The notes beneath the pieces are model-generated. The model was not told the origin of the DNA and made no database searches. It saw only the letters and a list, made by a program, of their open reading frames with translations. From Microgenomates group bacterium Gr01-1014_5 (GTDB lineage Bacteria > Patescibacteriota > Microgenomatia > UBA8517 > UBA10165), in the NCBI GenBank assembly GCA_007376395.1, contig VMGE01000004.1:6431-70430 (forward strand): a stretch of 64,000 nt of DNA. The letters are read 5' to 3'. Each line of letters begins with the position of its first letter. Positions within the stretch are counted from its first letter, which is position 1. Made by a program: the position numbers and the translations under genes. Below are positions 9,376 through 18,261 of the stretch, piece by piece.

Positions 9376-9699
9376 GAGGAGTAAGCTATATATCAGTTTA
9401 CAAATTACCTCGGGATTGGTTTCGGGGTTTATTTTTGCGTCGCGAAGCAAAGCATAAAACAAGCTTCGCTTATGTTTGGTTAAAACAGCAATGAATAAAC
9501 AAGAAAATCTATATGTACACGTAGAACCATTAGTAGGATATGTATCCCCCGAAAACGGGGAGTATATTACAATGGCGGATATAAAAAGAGCCAGAGCTGA
9601 GCTTGCAATAACTGGTCCTACTCCTCGCGTAACACCACGACCAACGCCTTTTGACCCTGAATCTCTAAAGAAGAGACTGCCATCTCAATATATCCACAC

Positions 9700-9925
9700 T
9701 TGACTTCTGAGAGGGTGAGTATTATATTTATTTTAACGCAATGAAGGAGTTCCCAGCTTTTTCAAACCCTGAGTGAAATCGAAGGGGGAGCGGGCAAGGA
9801 TTAAGTAACTTGCACGGGTAAGCCCGAAATAGCAGTAATAAGTCACGACCAGGTTTATGGTTGTGTAAACAAAGGTGGTACCACGGCATAGCCGTCCTTT
9901 ACTAAAGGATGGCTATTTTTGTTTT
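9700..9925 (+). promoter_or_regulatory. putative T-box leader (promoter, Stem I region, canonical antiterminator/terminator)
   Basis: -35 TTGACT 9700-9705, -10 TATATT 9723-9728. AAAGGTGGTACCACGG 9871-9886 matches the T-box consensus with the 7-nt UGGUACC bulge. A1 helix AAAGG/CCTTT and A2 helix ACGG/CCGT. The competing terminator AGCCGTCCTTT..AAAGGATGGCT is followed by ATTTTTGTTTT. Confidence 0.5.
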
Positions 9926-9928
9926 AAG

Positions 9929-10189
9929 ATGATAAAACCAACAATTAAATACGAAGATTTTGAGAAGGTCGATATGCGAGCTGGCAGGGTCACACGTGTC
10001 GAGGACTTTCCTGAAGCCCACAAGCCTGCATATAAACTTTGGATTGACTTCGGGCCAGAGATTAGGACAAAGCAGTCTAGTGCCCAGGTGGTTAAGCATC
10101 AAACAAAAGAAGATTTATTGGGAAAACTTGTGGTTTGTGTAGTCAATTTTGAACCAAAACAAATTGGCCGTTTACTTCTGAGGTATTAA
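9929..10189 (+). pseudogene. CsaA/Trbp111-like tRNA-binding domain protein, apparently frameshifted near the 3' end
   Basis: [28 protein letters not shown] matches the OB-fold tRNA-binding domain. The ORF stops at 10189, but the +2 frame continues as [31 protein letters not shown] to 10279, a typical C-terminus. Confidence 0.55.
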
Positions 10190-10280
10190 CCTTAGGGGTT
10201 GCAGATGAAACCCAAGATGCAAGCAACTGGATAATCTTGCGACCTTTTAAAGAGGCGCCGTTAGGAGGTATGATTAAGTA

Positions 10281-11720
10281 ATGGCGGACAAAATAACCAA
10301 AAAGTCTGAAAATATTTCTTCTTGGTATAACGATGTAGTTTTGGCGGCAAAGCTTGCCGAACACGGGCCAGCGCGGGGAACGATTATTATCCGCCCCTAT
10401 GGATATGCGATTTGGGAAATAATCCAGCGTTATCTGGATGCTAAGATCAAAAGCTTCGGGGTTGATAATGCTTATTTCCCTTTATTTATTCCAAATTCTC
10501 TTTTACAAAAAGAAAAATCACACGTCGAGGGATTTTCTCCAGAACTTGCAGTTGTAACTCATGGCGGAGGAGAAGAACTAGCCGAACCTCTTGTTGTGCG
10601 TCCGACATCCGAAACTATTATGTACGATGCTTATTCTCACTGGATTTCGTCTTACCGAGATTTACCTTTAAAAATTAATCAATGGAATAATGTTGTCAGA
10701 TGGGAAAAAAGGCCGTACCTTTTCCTGCGCGGGACAGAATTTTTGTGGCAAGAAGGGCACACTGCGCATGCAACTCACGAAGACGCAATTGATATGACTA
10801 AAAAAGCTTTGGATGCTTATGTTGATACTTACCAAAACCAAATGGCTTTATTTGGCTATGCTGGCCGCAAGTCTGAAAGCGAAAAGTTTGCCGGTGCCGC
10901 AGTTACTTACACTTATGAAACTTTAATGCCTGATGGGAAAATTGTGCAAAGTTGTACATCCCACGATTTAGGGCAAAATTTTGCGAAAGCTTTTGATATT
11001 AAATTCCAGGACCAAAATTCTGAAAATCAGTATGTCTGGCAGACTTCTTGGGGGCTTTCAACGCGTTCAATTGGAGTATTAATTTTGGCGCACGGTGACG
11101 ACAATGGCCTTGTCTTGCCTCCTGCGGTTGCACCGTACCAGGTAGTGATTGTTCCTATTCATGGTAAAGACGGCGATCACGAAAAAATTGGGCAATTATC
11201 GCAACGTGTCTTTGAAGTTTTAGAGACTTCCAGTCTCCGGGTTAAAGTGGATAGTACAGAAAATTCTACTGGTTGGAAGTTTAATGAAGCAGATTTGCAA
11301 GGAATACCCTTGCGAATTGAAATAGGGAAGACAGAGATAGAGACAGAGAAAGTGAAGGTTGTGGTCAGATGGCCTGAGACCCGAGATGTGTTCAACTTTG
11401 GAATCAGCGAGTTGGCGCAAGAAGTTGAGAAGCTTTTGGACACAATGCAAAAAGATCTTTTACGGGCTCACAAAGACTGGACCCTTGCTAATACCAGGGA
11501 GGTAGGAACATACGATGAGTTCAAAGAGATTATGTCAACTGTCCGCGGATTTATTAAGGCTTACTGGTGCGAAGAAGCCGAGTGTGAAGCAAAGATTAAA
11601 GAAGAAACAAAGGCGACTGTACGCGTTTTACCTTTTGATGAGGAGGTTGAGACAGAAGGTAAGTGTGTCCAATGCGGCAATAAAGCTTTTCGCCGTTGGC
11701 TCTTCGGCCAGAGTTATTAA
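10281..11720 (+). CDS. proS: prolyl-tRNA synthetase, archaeal/eukaryotic type
   Basis: Class II motifs. C-terminal zinc-binding CxxC...CVQCG and conserved terminal Y (..RRWLFGQSY). Confidence 0.9.
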   Translation: MADKITKKSENISSWYNDVVLAAKLAEHGPARGTIIIRPYGYAIWEIIQRYLDAKIKSFGVDNAYFPLFIPNSLLQKEKSHVEGFSPELAVVTHGGGEELAEPLVVRPTSETIMYDAYSHWISSYRDLPLKINQWNNVVRWEKRPYLFLRGTEFLWQEGHTAHATHEDAIDMTKKALDAYVDTYQNQMALFGYAGRKSESEKFAGAAVTYTYETLMPDGKIVQSCTSHDLGQNFAKAFDIKFQDQNSENQYVWQTSWGLSTRSIGVLILAHGDDNGLVLPPAVAPYQVVIVPIHGKDGDHEKIGQLSQRVFEVLETSSLRVKVDSTENSTGWKFNEADLQGIPLRIEIGKTEIETEKVKVVVRWPETRDVFNFGISELAQEVEKLLDTMQKDLLRAHKDWTLANTREVGTYDEFKEIMSTVRGFIKAYWCEEAECEAKIKEETKATVRVLPFDEEVETEGKCVQCGNKAFRRWLFGQSY

Positions 11721-12311
11721 GTTTGCCTTCTCTTTAGCTTCAGATAGTAGAATTATTGAAGAAAAATCCTTAGGTGCAAAGCTGTTCCACAGCCTGTCTG
11801 CTTCCTGCTTCAATGTTCTGGTAAAAGCAAGAGAAAGGTCTTTGTTAGTTCGGGGATCAATTGCGCCGTTCTTGTTGCGGGTAACATAATCTTCTGGATA
11901 CAATACAATCAGCGCTTTTCTAAAAGGGGTTGCTCCGAGGTCTTTAACTAAATCTCTATTCCAGGTTTCAGTGGCTTCTAAGAGGTAATTATTTCTTTGC
12001 TGTACTGACGACTGCGCTCTTGTAAAAAACACGGCGATAGCTGTTCCGTCTGGAATTTGAGCTCCGTTTGGATCAGCAAGTAGAACCTCTATAAATCTGG
12101 AACTTATACTCATTCCTAAGTTAGGAAAGTCATTGTAAAGGTAAATTTTCTTCTTGTAGTTTTTTGCTTGAGCTGGCTCAAGGTTAAATCTTTGATCTAT
12201 AGAAAGATTAGCTTCGGGTTGGGTGCAAGATAGGGCTGTAACTGCGGAACCAAGACCTAGTAAAGTTAAAAATTCTTTTCTTGTAAATTTCCTTCTATTT
12301 TGTTCAGCCAT
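11628..12311 (-). CDS. putative lipoprotein
   Basis: N-terminal signal with lipobox ALSC. The 3' end overlaps proS by 93 nt. Confidence 0.4.
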   Translation of the reverse strand: MAEQNRRKFTRKEFLTLLGLGSAVTALSCTQPEANLSIDQRFNLEPAQAKNYKKKIYLYNDFPNLGMSISSRFIEVLLADPNGAQIPDGTAIAVFFTRAQSSVQQRNNYLLEATETWNRDLVKDLGATPFRKALIVLYPEDYVTRNKNGAIDPRTNKDLSLAFTRTLKQEADRLWNSFAPKDFSSIILLSEAKEKANLITLAEEPTAKSFIAALDTLTFCLNLLIKR

Positions 12312-12314
12312 GGT

Positions 12315-13010
12315 TCATTTTAACAAATTTGAAAGAAATTCGCCATTAAGTCTTACCTTGATAGGTTTATATTTATCTTCAAAATCGATAAGAATTTTTA
12401 ATTTACCCGACTGAATATCTGTTTGTCCTCTGGACATAGTGCGTGCAATAGAACCGAATATTGCCAAAGATAAATAAGTGCCAAGCAGAAGTTGAAATTG
12501 ACAACCTTCTTTTTCCTGATTTTCGGAAGCGAACCTATCCTCCACTCTTTTTATTGCATCTGGAATCGAGATGAGGATATTGACAGGTTTTTGTGGAGAT
12601 AACTTTTTGTTTTGTTTTTCCAGCTCCCTCATTCTTTCTCTTAAAAGAGTAATATCAGAAGCTACGTTTGTATACTTTTTAGTTGCCTGGTCTTGCAACT
12701 CTTTTGACATCAGGCTTGTCGGAACAAAATGCACAAGAAAGACAACGTTTTCAGGTAAATTCAAAGCTCCTAAATTAGGAGAATTGACATACTCCTGAAG
12801 TTTTTTAGGATCGACTGATATTGAATTATTTACATCGTGGTTTACGACAGTTAAATTTATCGAGACGGCAATTTTTTCAAAACTACGAAGAGCAACGTGC
12901 TCCGGTGTTTTAGCAACAGGAGAACATTCTTGAAGAGGCTGTTGTCTTGTGTCCCGACAACCAGCGAGTACAGCGCCAGTTAAATATGCCAAAACTCTGC
13001 GTCTTTCCAT
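12315..13010 (-). CDS. putative lipoprotein
   Basis: MERRRVLAYLTGAVLAGC lipobox. Coiled-coil segment. Confidence 0.4.
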   Translation of the reverse strand: MERRRVLAYLTGAVLAGCRDTRQQPLQECSPVAKTPEHVALRSFEKIAVSINLTVVNHDVNNSISVDPKKLQEYVNSPNLGALNLPENVVFLVHFVPTSLMSKELQDQATKKYTNVASDITLLRERMRELEKQNKKLSPQKPVNILISIPDAIKRVEDRFASENQEKEGCQFQLLLGTYLSLAIFGSIARTMSRGQTDIQSGKLKILIDFEDKYKPIKVRLNGEFLSNLLK

Positions 13011-13090
13011 AGTTAATTGTAACACTAAAAACACTAAATATCAACCCATAGTAGAATTTGACAAGCAGTGTCAAGTAAGGGACAATTTGA

Positions 13091-14073
13091 GGAAATCGAT
13101 GGCAAAGAAGCGTGTTGTAGTTATTGGCGGAGGGACAGGGGCTTACCAAGTACTTGTAGGTTTGAAAAAATATCCGGTAGATCTTTCTGCCGTTGTAACC
13201 ATGTCGGATTCGGGTGGGTCTACCGGAAAATTACGCCGTGAATTTAGCATCTTGCCTCCAGGGGATGTCAGGCGTGCACTAAGTGCCTTATCAAATCTTC
13301 CATTGGCTGAAAAAACACTAGAAACGCTCTTTGATTTCCGCTTCCACTCTAAAGGGTCCTTAGGCGGGCATTCAGTTGGCAACTTGTTATTGGCCGCTTT
13401 AACCCAAATTACAGGCCGGGAAGATCTCGCCATTAAAGAGGCTGGGAAAATTTTGGCTGTTTCGGGTAACGTCTGTCCTGTAACGCTGGACAAAACAACT
13501 CTTGTTGCTGAGCTTGAGAATGGTAAAAAGATTGTCGGAGAGACAAAAATTGATTTGCGCTGGCAGGGTAAAGAATTTGCCGAAGTGCCGATTAAAAAGG
13601 TTTATCTCCGTCCTGGGGCAAAAGTTTTTAAAGAGGCCTCTGAGGCGATAAAAAAAGCCGATCTTGTAATCTTGGGGCCGGGAGATTTATACACCAGCAT
13701 TATCCCAAACCTGCTCGTTGACGGAGTAAACGAGGCAATTGCCGCCTCCCGCGCAAAAGTTGCTTTAATTGTAAACCTGATGACCAAGCCCGGGGAAACA
13801 GATAACTTTACCGCTTCTGATTTCATACGAATTATCAGGCAATATTTGCAAAAGGCCGGTAATAAAATTTCGCATGTTGTGGTCAATACAAAATTTCCGG
13901 AAGACGTGCAAACATTGGCTTGGTATCTGAAGCACTCTTCAAAACCTGTGCTCGACGACGTAGATTCAAGGCGGGAAAAGATAAAACTTATCCGCGGAGG
14001 GTTTACCCAGCGTGGGGAATTATTGCGCCATGACCCCGCAAAACTTGTTCGGGTATTGACAAAGTTATTATAA
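13091..14073 (+). CDS. YvcK/CofD-family (gluconeogenesis factor / 2-phospho-L-lactate transferase-like) protein
   Basis: KKRVVVIGGGTGAYQVLVGLK...VTMSDSGGSTGKLRREF is typical of the UPF0052/YvcK family. Confidence 0.7.
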
Positions 14074-14103
14074 ATGCTATTTTGAAACCACTGTTCACAA
14101 AAT

Positions 14104-15561
14104 ATGCCAGCTTGGAATGAACTACTAAAACCGCCACTTGAAGCCCTCCGTTACCTTTCTCCTTTTACGATCAAATACGGATCTGATGAAATGCATGCTG
14201 TATGGTCTGAAAAAAGTCGTGCTCTTGCAGTACGAGATCTTTGGATTGCAACGGCATACGTTCAGATGGAAGCAGGTCTTGTAACACAAGAGCAGTACGA
14301 CGACTTAGTTGTTAATAGAGAAAAGTTAGACATTAGAGAAGCTTATCGGATGGAGTTAGATAGAGACTATTCGAGATTTACAGGACACGATATAGTCGCA
14401 GCAAGTCGAGAATACGGAGATAAAGCAAAAATCGGCGGTTCTATTATAGGAAAAGGTGAAACTTCTGAAGAACCTCTTTCTAATTCAGAGATTTTATTAA
14501 CCCATAAAGGGATAGATATTCTTGATAGAAGGATTGTAAGTGTTTTAACCTCACTAGTGAGCCCAATTAGAAAGTATAAAGATTTAATTTGTATGGAATG
14601 GACTCATCTACAAGCTGCTGAACCCACAACTGTTGGTCTTCGTTTAGCCGGATATGCACAAGACTTACTTAATGATTTGAGTATACTTCGTTTTTTTAAG
14701 ACATTAATACTGGGAAAGGGGATTAAAGGTGCTGTTGGGACTTCTGCTTCTTTTACACACATGTTAGAGGGTAATCCGATGACAGCACGAGAAATGGAAG
14801 ATAAAATAATGGCAAGATATGGCTTGACTCCAGCCTTAATTACCACTCAAACATATCCTCGCAAATTTGCCTTAATGGCGGTAACCGCGAACGCTTTTAT
14901 GGGGCAAAGTGCTTATAAATTTGCAAACGATTTAAAGATTCTTCAATCTACTCCATTTGGTGAATGGGCTGAACCTAGACGTAGAGATCAAGTTGGTTCA
15001 TTTGCTATGCCTCACAAAGAGAATCCTAATAACGCTGAGGGAATAAAAGCTTTGGCAAGAGGTTTAGCTTTCCATGTTGCACATATGTGGTTTATTGCAG
15101 CAGATACTACTTTAGGCAGGGGATTGGAAGATTCAGCAGGAAAACGAAGTGTTATACCTGAATCTTTCTTGGCTGCAGATGAAATTTTAGTGAGGATGGA
15201 TAGAATGGTTAAGGGACTACAAATAAGAGAAGTTCCTATTGCAAGAAATTTGGCAGCGTATGGACCTTTTGTGGCAATGGAAATTATTCTTTCAGAGTTA
15301 TCAAGAAATCCCAATGTTGATCGTCCAGCAATGCATGACTCGTTAAGAGAAAAAGCTAGAACTGCAAATGAAGCCGTAAGACGAGGCGAACCAAATCCAT
15401 TACAGGACCTAGTAAGAACTGATTCTGAATTAACGAAATATTTGTCAACAGAAGAGATTGACTCGGCATTTACTTCTGTTAATAAATATATTGGAGATGC
15501 ACCAGAAAGGTGTCATGAAATGGCTGATATAATTGAAAAGGAGCTAGTAAAAACAACATGA
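14104..15561 (+). CDS. purB: adenylosuccinate lyase
   Basis: Lyase class I signature region GSFAMPHKENPNNAEG (GSSxMPxKxNP). Confidence 0.75.
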   Translation: MPAWNELLKPPLEALRYLSPFTIKYGSDEMHAVWSEKSRALAVRDLWIATAYVQMEAGLVTQEQYDDLVVNREKLDIREAYRMELDRDYSRFTGHDIVAASREYGDKAKIGGSIIGKGETSEEPLSNSEILLTHKGIDILDRRIVSVLTSLVSPIRKYKDLICMEWTHLQAAEPTTVGLRLAGYAQDLLNDLSILRFFKTLILGKGIKGAVGTSASFTHMLEGNPMTAREMEDKIMARYGLTPALITTQTYPRKFALMAVTANAFMGQSAYKFANDLKILQSTPFGEWAEPRRRDQVGSFAMPHKENPNNAEGIKALARGLAFHVAHMWFIAADTTLGRGLEDSAGKRSVIPESFLAADEILVRMDRMVKGLQIREVPIARNLAAYGPFVAMEIILSELSRNPNVDRPAMHDSLREKARTANEAVRRGEPNPLQDLVRTDSELTKYLSTEEIDSAFTSVNKYIGDAPERCHEMADIIEKELVKTT

Positions 15562-16604
15562 GAGAAAGATGTAGGAGGCTATTTCCGGATGTTCCCCCCG
15601 CTAATTTAATGAACGGGCTAGTCTCTTTTGTTATGCCTGAATGGGGGCCTCCGATCCGTGGGAAGGTAAGAGAGAGTTGGGTGAGAGAGCACGGCGGGAG
15701 AAGTGTCCGCGTGATGGTCACGACTGACCGTAAATCAGCTTTCGACAGAATAGTTGCCACGGCTCCTGACGTCGGCAGGGTCTTAAACCTTCTTTCTGCT
15801 TTTTGGTTTGAAAGAACAAGCCATATTATTCCAAATCACATGATTGACGTGCCCCATCCAAACGTCTTGATTGCCGAACAGGTTGACATAACGCTTCCTG
15901 TGGAGCTTGTTTTGCGCCGTTATATGGCAAAAAGTTCAACTTCAACATCAGTCTATGTAAACTATGTAGATTTAGGGAGAAGAAATATTTATGGCGTGGA
16001 CTTTCCTGACGGGTTGAGAGCAAACGAGGCATTTCCTGAAACACTTGGAAAGAGTGGAGTAATTGTAACTCCTACAACCAAAGCAGGGGAAGGAGAACAC
16101 GACCAGGAGCTGAAGGATGAACAGGCGCGAAGCATAGTCGATGCTAGGTGTGGCGCGGGTACTTGGGATAAAGCAAAAAGAGGCTGTTTAGATGTGTTTC
16201 TATGTGCGGCAGATTGGCTTGAAAAACAAGGGATCGTGTTAGTTGACACAAAAATAGAAATGGGGATAAAAGACGGTCGGATTATGATTATAGACGAACT
16301 GTTTACTCCCGACTCTTCGCGTTTTTGGCTTAAGAGTACTTACCAGCAAAGGTTGCGAGCAGGTCAAAACCCGGAAACGTTCGACAAAGAATTACTTAGA
16401 GGTGTTTTAGTTCAAAAAGGATTTACCGGTGAAGGCCCTGTTCCTGTTTTAGAACAAGAGGCTATCGAAAGGTTATCTGTGGTATACAGGGAAATATTCC
16501 ACAGAATCACGAGTAGTGAATATGTAAAAGGCAGATCGTTGTCCCCCACAACAGCAACAGCAATTAGGGCATCTTTAGTTGATTACTTTGGTCTTGCTGC
16601 CTAA
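15558..16604 (+). CDS. purC: SAICAR synthetase
   Basis: GKVRE..., DRKSAFDRIV, VLVDTKIEMG and ELFTPDSSRFW match conserved PurC blocks. Confidence 0.8.
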   Translation: MRERCRRLFPDVPPANLMNGLVSFVMPEWGPPIRGKVRESWVREHGGRSVRVMVTTDRKSAFDRIVATAPDVGRVLNLLSAFWFERTSHIIPNHMIDVPHPNVLIAEQVDITLPVELVLRRYMAKSSTSTSVYVNYVDLGRRNIYGVDFPDGLRANEAFPETLGKSGVIVTPTTKAGEGEHDQELKDEQARSIVDARCGAGTWDKAKRGCLDVFLCAADWLEKQGIVLVDTKIEMGIKDGRIMIIDELFTPDSSRFWLKSTYQQRLRAGQNPETFDKELLRGVLVQKGFTGEGPVPVLEQEAIERLSVVYREIFHRITSSEYVKGRSLSPTTATAIRASLVDYFGLAA

Positions 16605-16713
16605 CTTCTTGAAGAAATCCCGATGTGCAAACGTAATCCACACCTGGTGTGGAATAGCTTTGCACCTGCGTACCCTTGCCTCTAGAAATATATCGCGTTA
16701 TACTGAGAGCCAA

Positions 16714-17274
16714 ATGGCTGATCAGCCCCAAGAACCAACAATTGTCCAACCCAGCCCGCCAGTAGCTATTCCTACAGCTCCAGCAGAAGACTGTATTTTT
16801 TGTAAAATAGTCCGTGGCGAGGCACCTGTACATAAAATTTGGGAAGATAGCGAACACATGGCTTTCTTAAGCATATTTCCCAACACACCAGGATTTACTG
16901 TGGTAATTACCAAAGTTCACCACCCAAGCTATGCTTTTGCCAACTCTGACGAAATATTGACTAAATTGACGCTTGCCGCAAAGAAAGTAGGAGAGCTTTT
17001 GGATTTGGCTTTTGAAGACGTGGGCCGTACCGGATTAATGTATGAAGGGTTTGGGGTTAATCATTTGCACGCTAAGTTGTTTCCTATGCATGGAACCGGC
17101 AATATGGAAACCTGGGAACCAATCAAAAGCCCGTTGAAAACGTTTTTTGACCAATATCCCGGATTCATGTCTTCGCACGACGCTGACAAGGCAGACGATG
17201 CCCAGCTTGAGGCACAAGCTTCCAAAATCCGCAACAAAGCAAAACAGGTTGCAGAACTGGGCGGGAAGATTTAA
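16714..17274 (+). CDS. HIT-family hydrolase
   Basis: DCIFCKIVRGEAPVHKIWEDSEHMAFLSIFPNTPGF.VVITKVHH followed by a NHLHAKLFPMHG His cluster. Confidence 0.65.
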   Translation: MADQPQEPTIVQPSPPVAIPTAPAEDCIFCKIVRGEAPVHKIWEDSEHMAFLSIFPNTPGFTVVITKVHHPSYAFANSDEILTKLTLAAKKVGELLDLAFEDVGRTGLMYEGFGVNHLHAKLFPMHGTGNMETWEPIKSPLKTFFDQYPGFMSSHDADKADDAQLEAQASKIRNKAKQVAELGGKI

Positions 17275-17341
17275 CTAGAGACTAGAGACTGGAGACTAGA
17301 GACTGGAGACTAGAGACTGGAGACTGGAGATTAGAGGCTAG
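17275..17341 (+). repeat. about 9.5 tandem copies of the heptamer CTAGAGA/CTGGAGA, running from the stop codon of one gene to the ATG of the next
   Basis: Read directly: CTAGAGACTAGAGACTGGAGACTAGAGACTGGAGACTAGAGACTGGAGACTGGAGATTAGAGGCTAG. Confidence 0.85.
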
Positions 17342-17788
17342 ATGTTGAAAGATGAACTGTCAAAGCAAATTATAGAATCCCTTAAATCCGGGAATTCAGT
17401 GCGTGTTTCAACCTTAAGACTTCTGGCAAGCGCGCTTCACAACGAAGAAATAGCCAAACAAGCACAACTCTCTAACGACGACGAAGTGGTGATTATCAAA
17501 AGACAATTAAAGCAAAGAGAAGAAGCCGTAGAGGCTTATGAAAAAGCAGGAAGAACCGAATCGGCAGAAAAAGAAAGGTCAGAGGGAGAAATCCTGAAAG
17601 AATTCCTGCCAGAACAGATAGGAGAAAATGAATTGAGCGATATAGTTAATAAAGCGATTGAGGAAAGTAGCGCACACTCAATGAGCGATTTTGGAAAGGT
17701 AATGAGTGCGGTTATGGCTAAAGTTAAAGGACAAGCAGATGGGAAGCTTACCTCAGAGCTAGTTAGAGCAAAACTATCGGGTGGTTAA
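17342..17788 (+). CDS. yqeY: GatB/YqeY-domain protein
   Basis: Typical YqeY N-terminus (LKSGNSVRVSTLRLLASAL) and length. Confidence 0.7.
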   Translation: MLKDELSKQIIESLKSGNSVRVSTLRLLASALHNEEIAKQAQLSNDDEVVIIKRQLKQREEAVEAYEKAGRTESAEKERSEGEILKEFLPEQIGENELSDIVNKAIEESSAHSMSDFGKVMSAVMAKVKGQADGKLTSELVRAKLSGG

Positions 17789-17808
17789 ATTACGCATGTT
17801 CCAAATAT

Positions 17809-17837
17809 GGCCTCATAAGGTCTCACCTTGCGAAGCT
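17809..17837 (+). repeat. degenerate copy of the AGCTTCGCAAGG-TCTCT-CCTTGCGAAGCT palindromic element
   Basis: GGCCTCATAAGGTCTCACCTTGCGAAGCT. Right arm intact, left arm decayed. Confidence 0.45.
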
Positions 17838-17863
17838 AAGATACAAACATATAATCTTATAAG

Positions 17864-18250
17864 ATGATTAGAATATTAATCACTCGCCAGGCTCGGTACC
17901 CGACAGATATCCGCGAATTAAGAGAAAGGGTAAAAACAACCTTGACCAAACAAGGAGTGGGACAAGCAGAGGTGAGTGTCGCGTTGGTTGGAGAACGGAA
18001 AATGCGGGAGCTGGCACAAAAGTATTTAGGAGAAAGCTCCAAGTACCCAGTCCATGAGGTTCTTTCGTTTCCCTCGTCTGGTGATATTGCTTTTCCCGAC
18101 TCCGGCAAACTGACACAGCTTGGTGATATAGTGATTTGCTATCCCGAAGCGCGCAAAATTGCTATCAAAAGAAACAGAATGATGGATGATGTTATTGGGG
18201 AATTGGCCCAGCACGCGACTTTGCATTTGTTGGGGATACACCACGACTAA
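17864..18250 (+). CDS. ybeY: rRNA maturation endoribonuclease YbeY
   Basis: C-terminal HATLHLLGIHHD matches the H..H..GxDH metal site. Confidence 0.85.
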   Translation: MIRILITRQARYPTDIRELRERVKTTLTKQGVGQAEVSVALVGERKMRELAQKYLGESSKYPVHEVLSFPSSGDIAFPDSGKLTQLGDIVICYPEARKIAIKRNRMMDDVIGELAQHATLHLLGIHHD

Positions 18251-18261
18251 TTTTTAATTTT

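Noticed and set aside
17275-17341. Tandem heptamer arrays considered as CRISPR arrays
   Set aside because: Units are 7 nt and contiguous, with no 25-40-nt spacers and no cas genes. This is simple tandem-repeat structure, not CRISPR.
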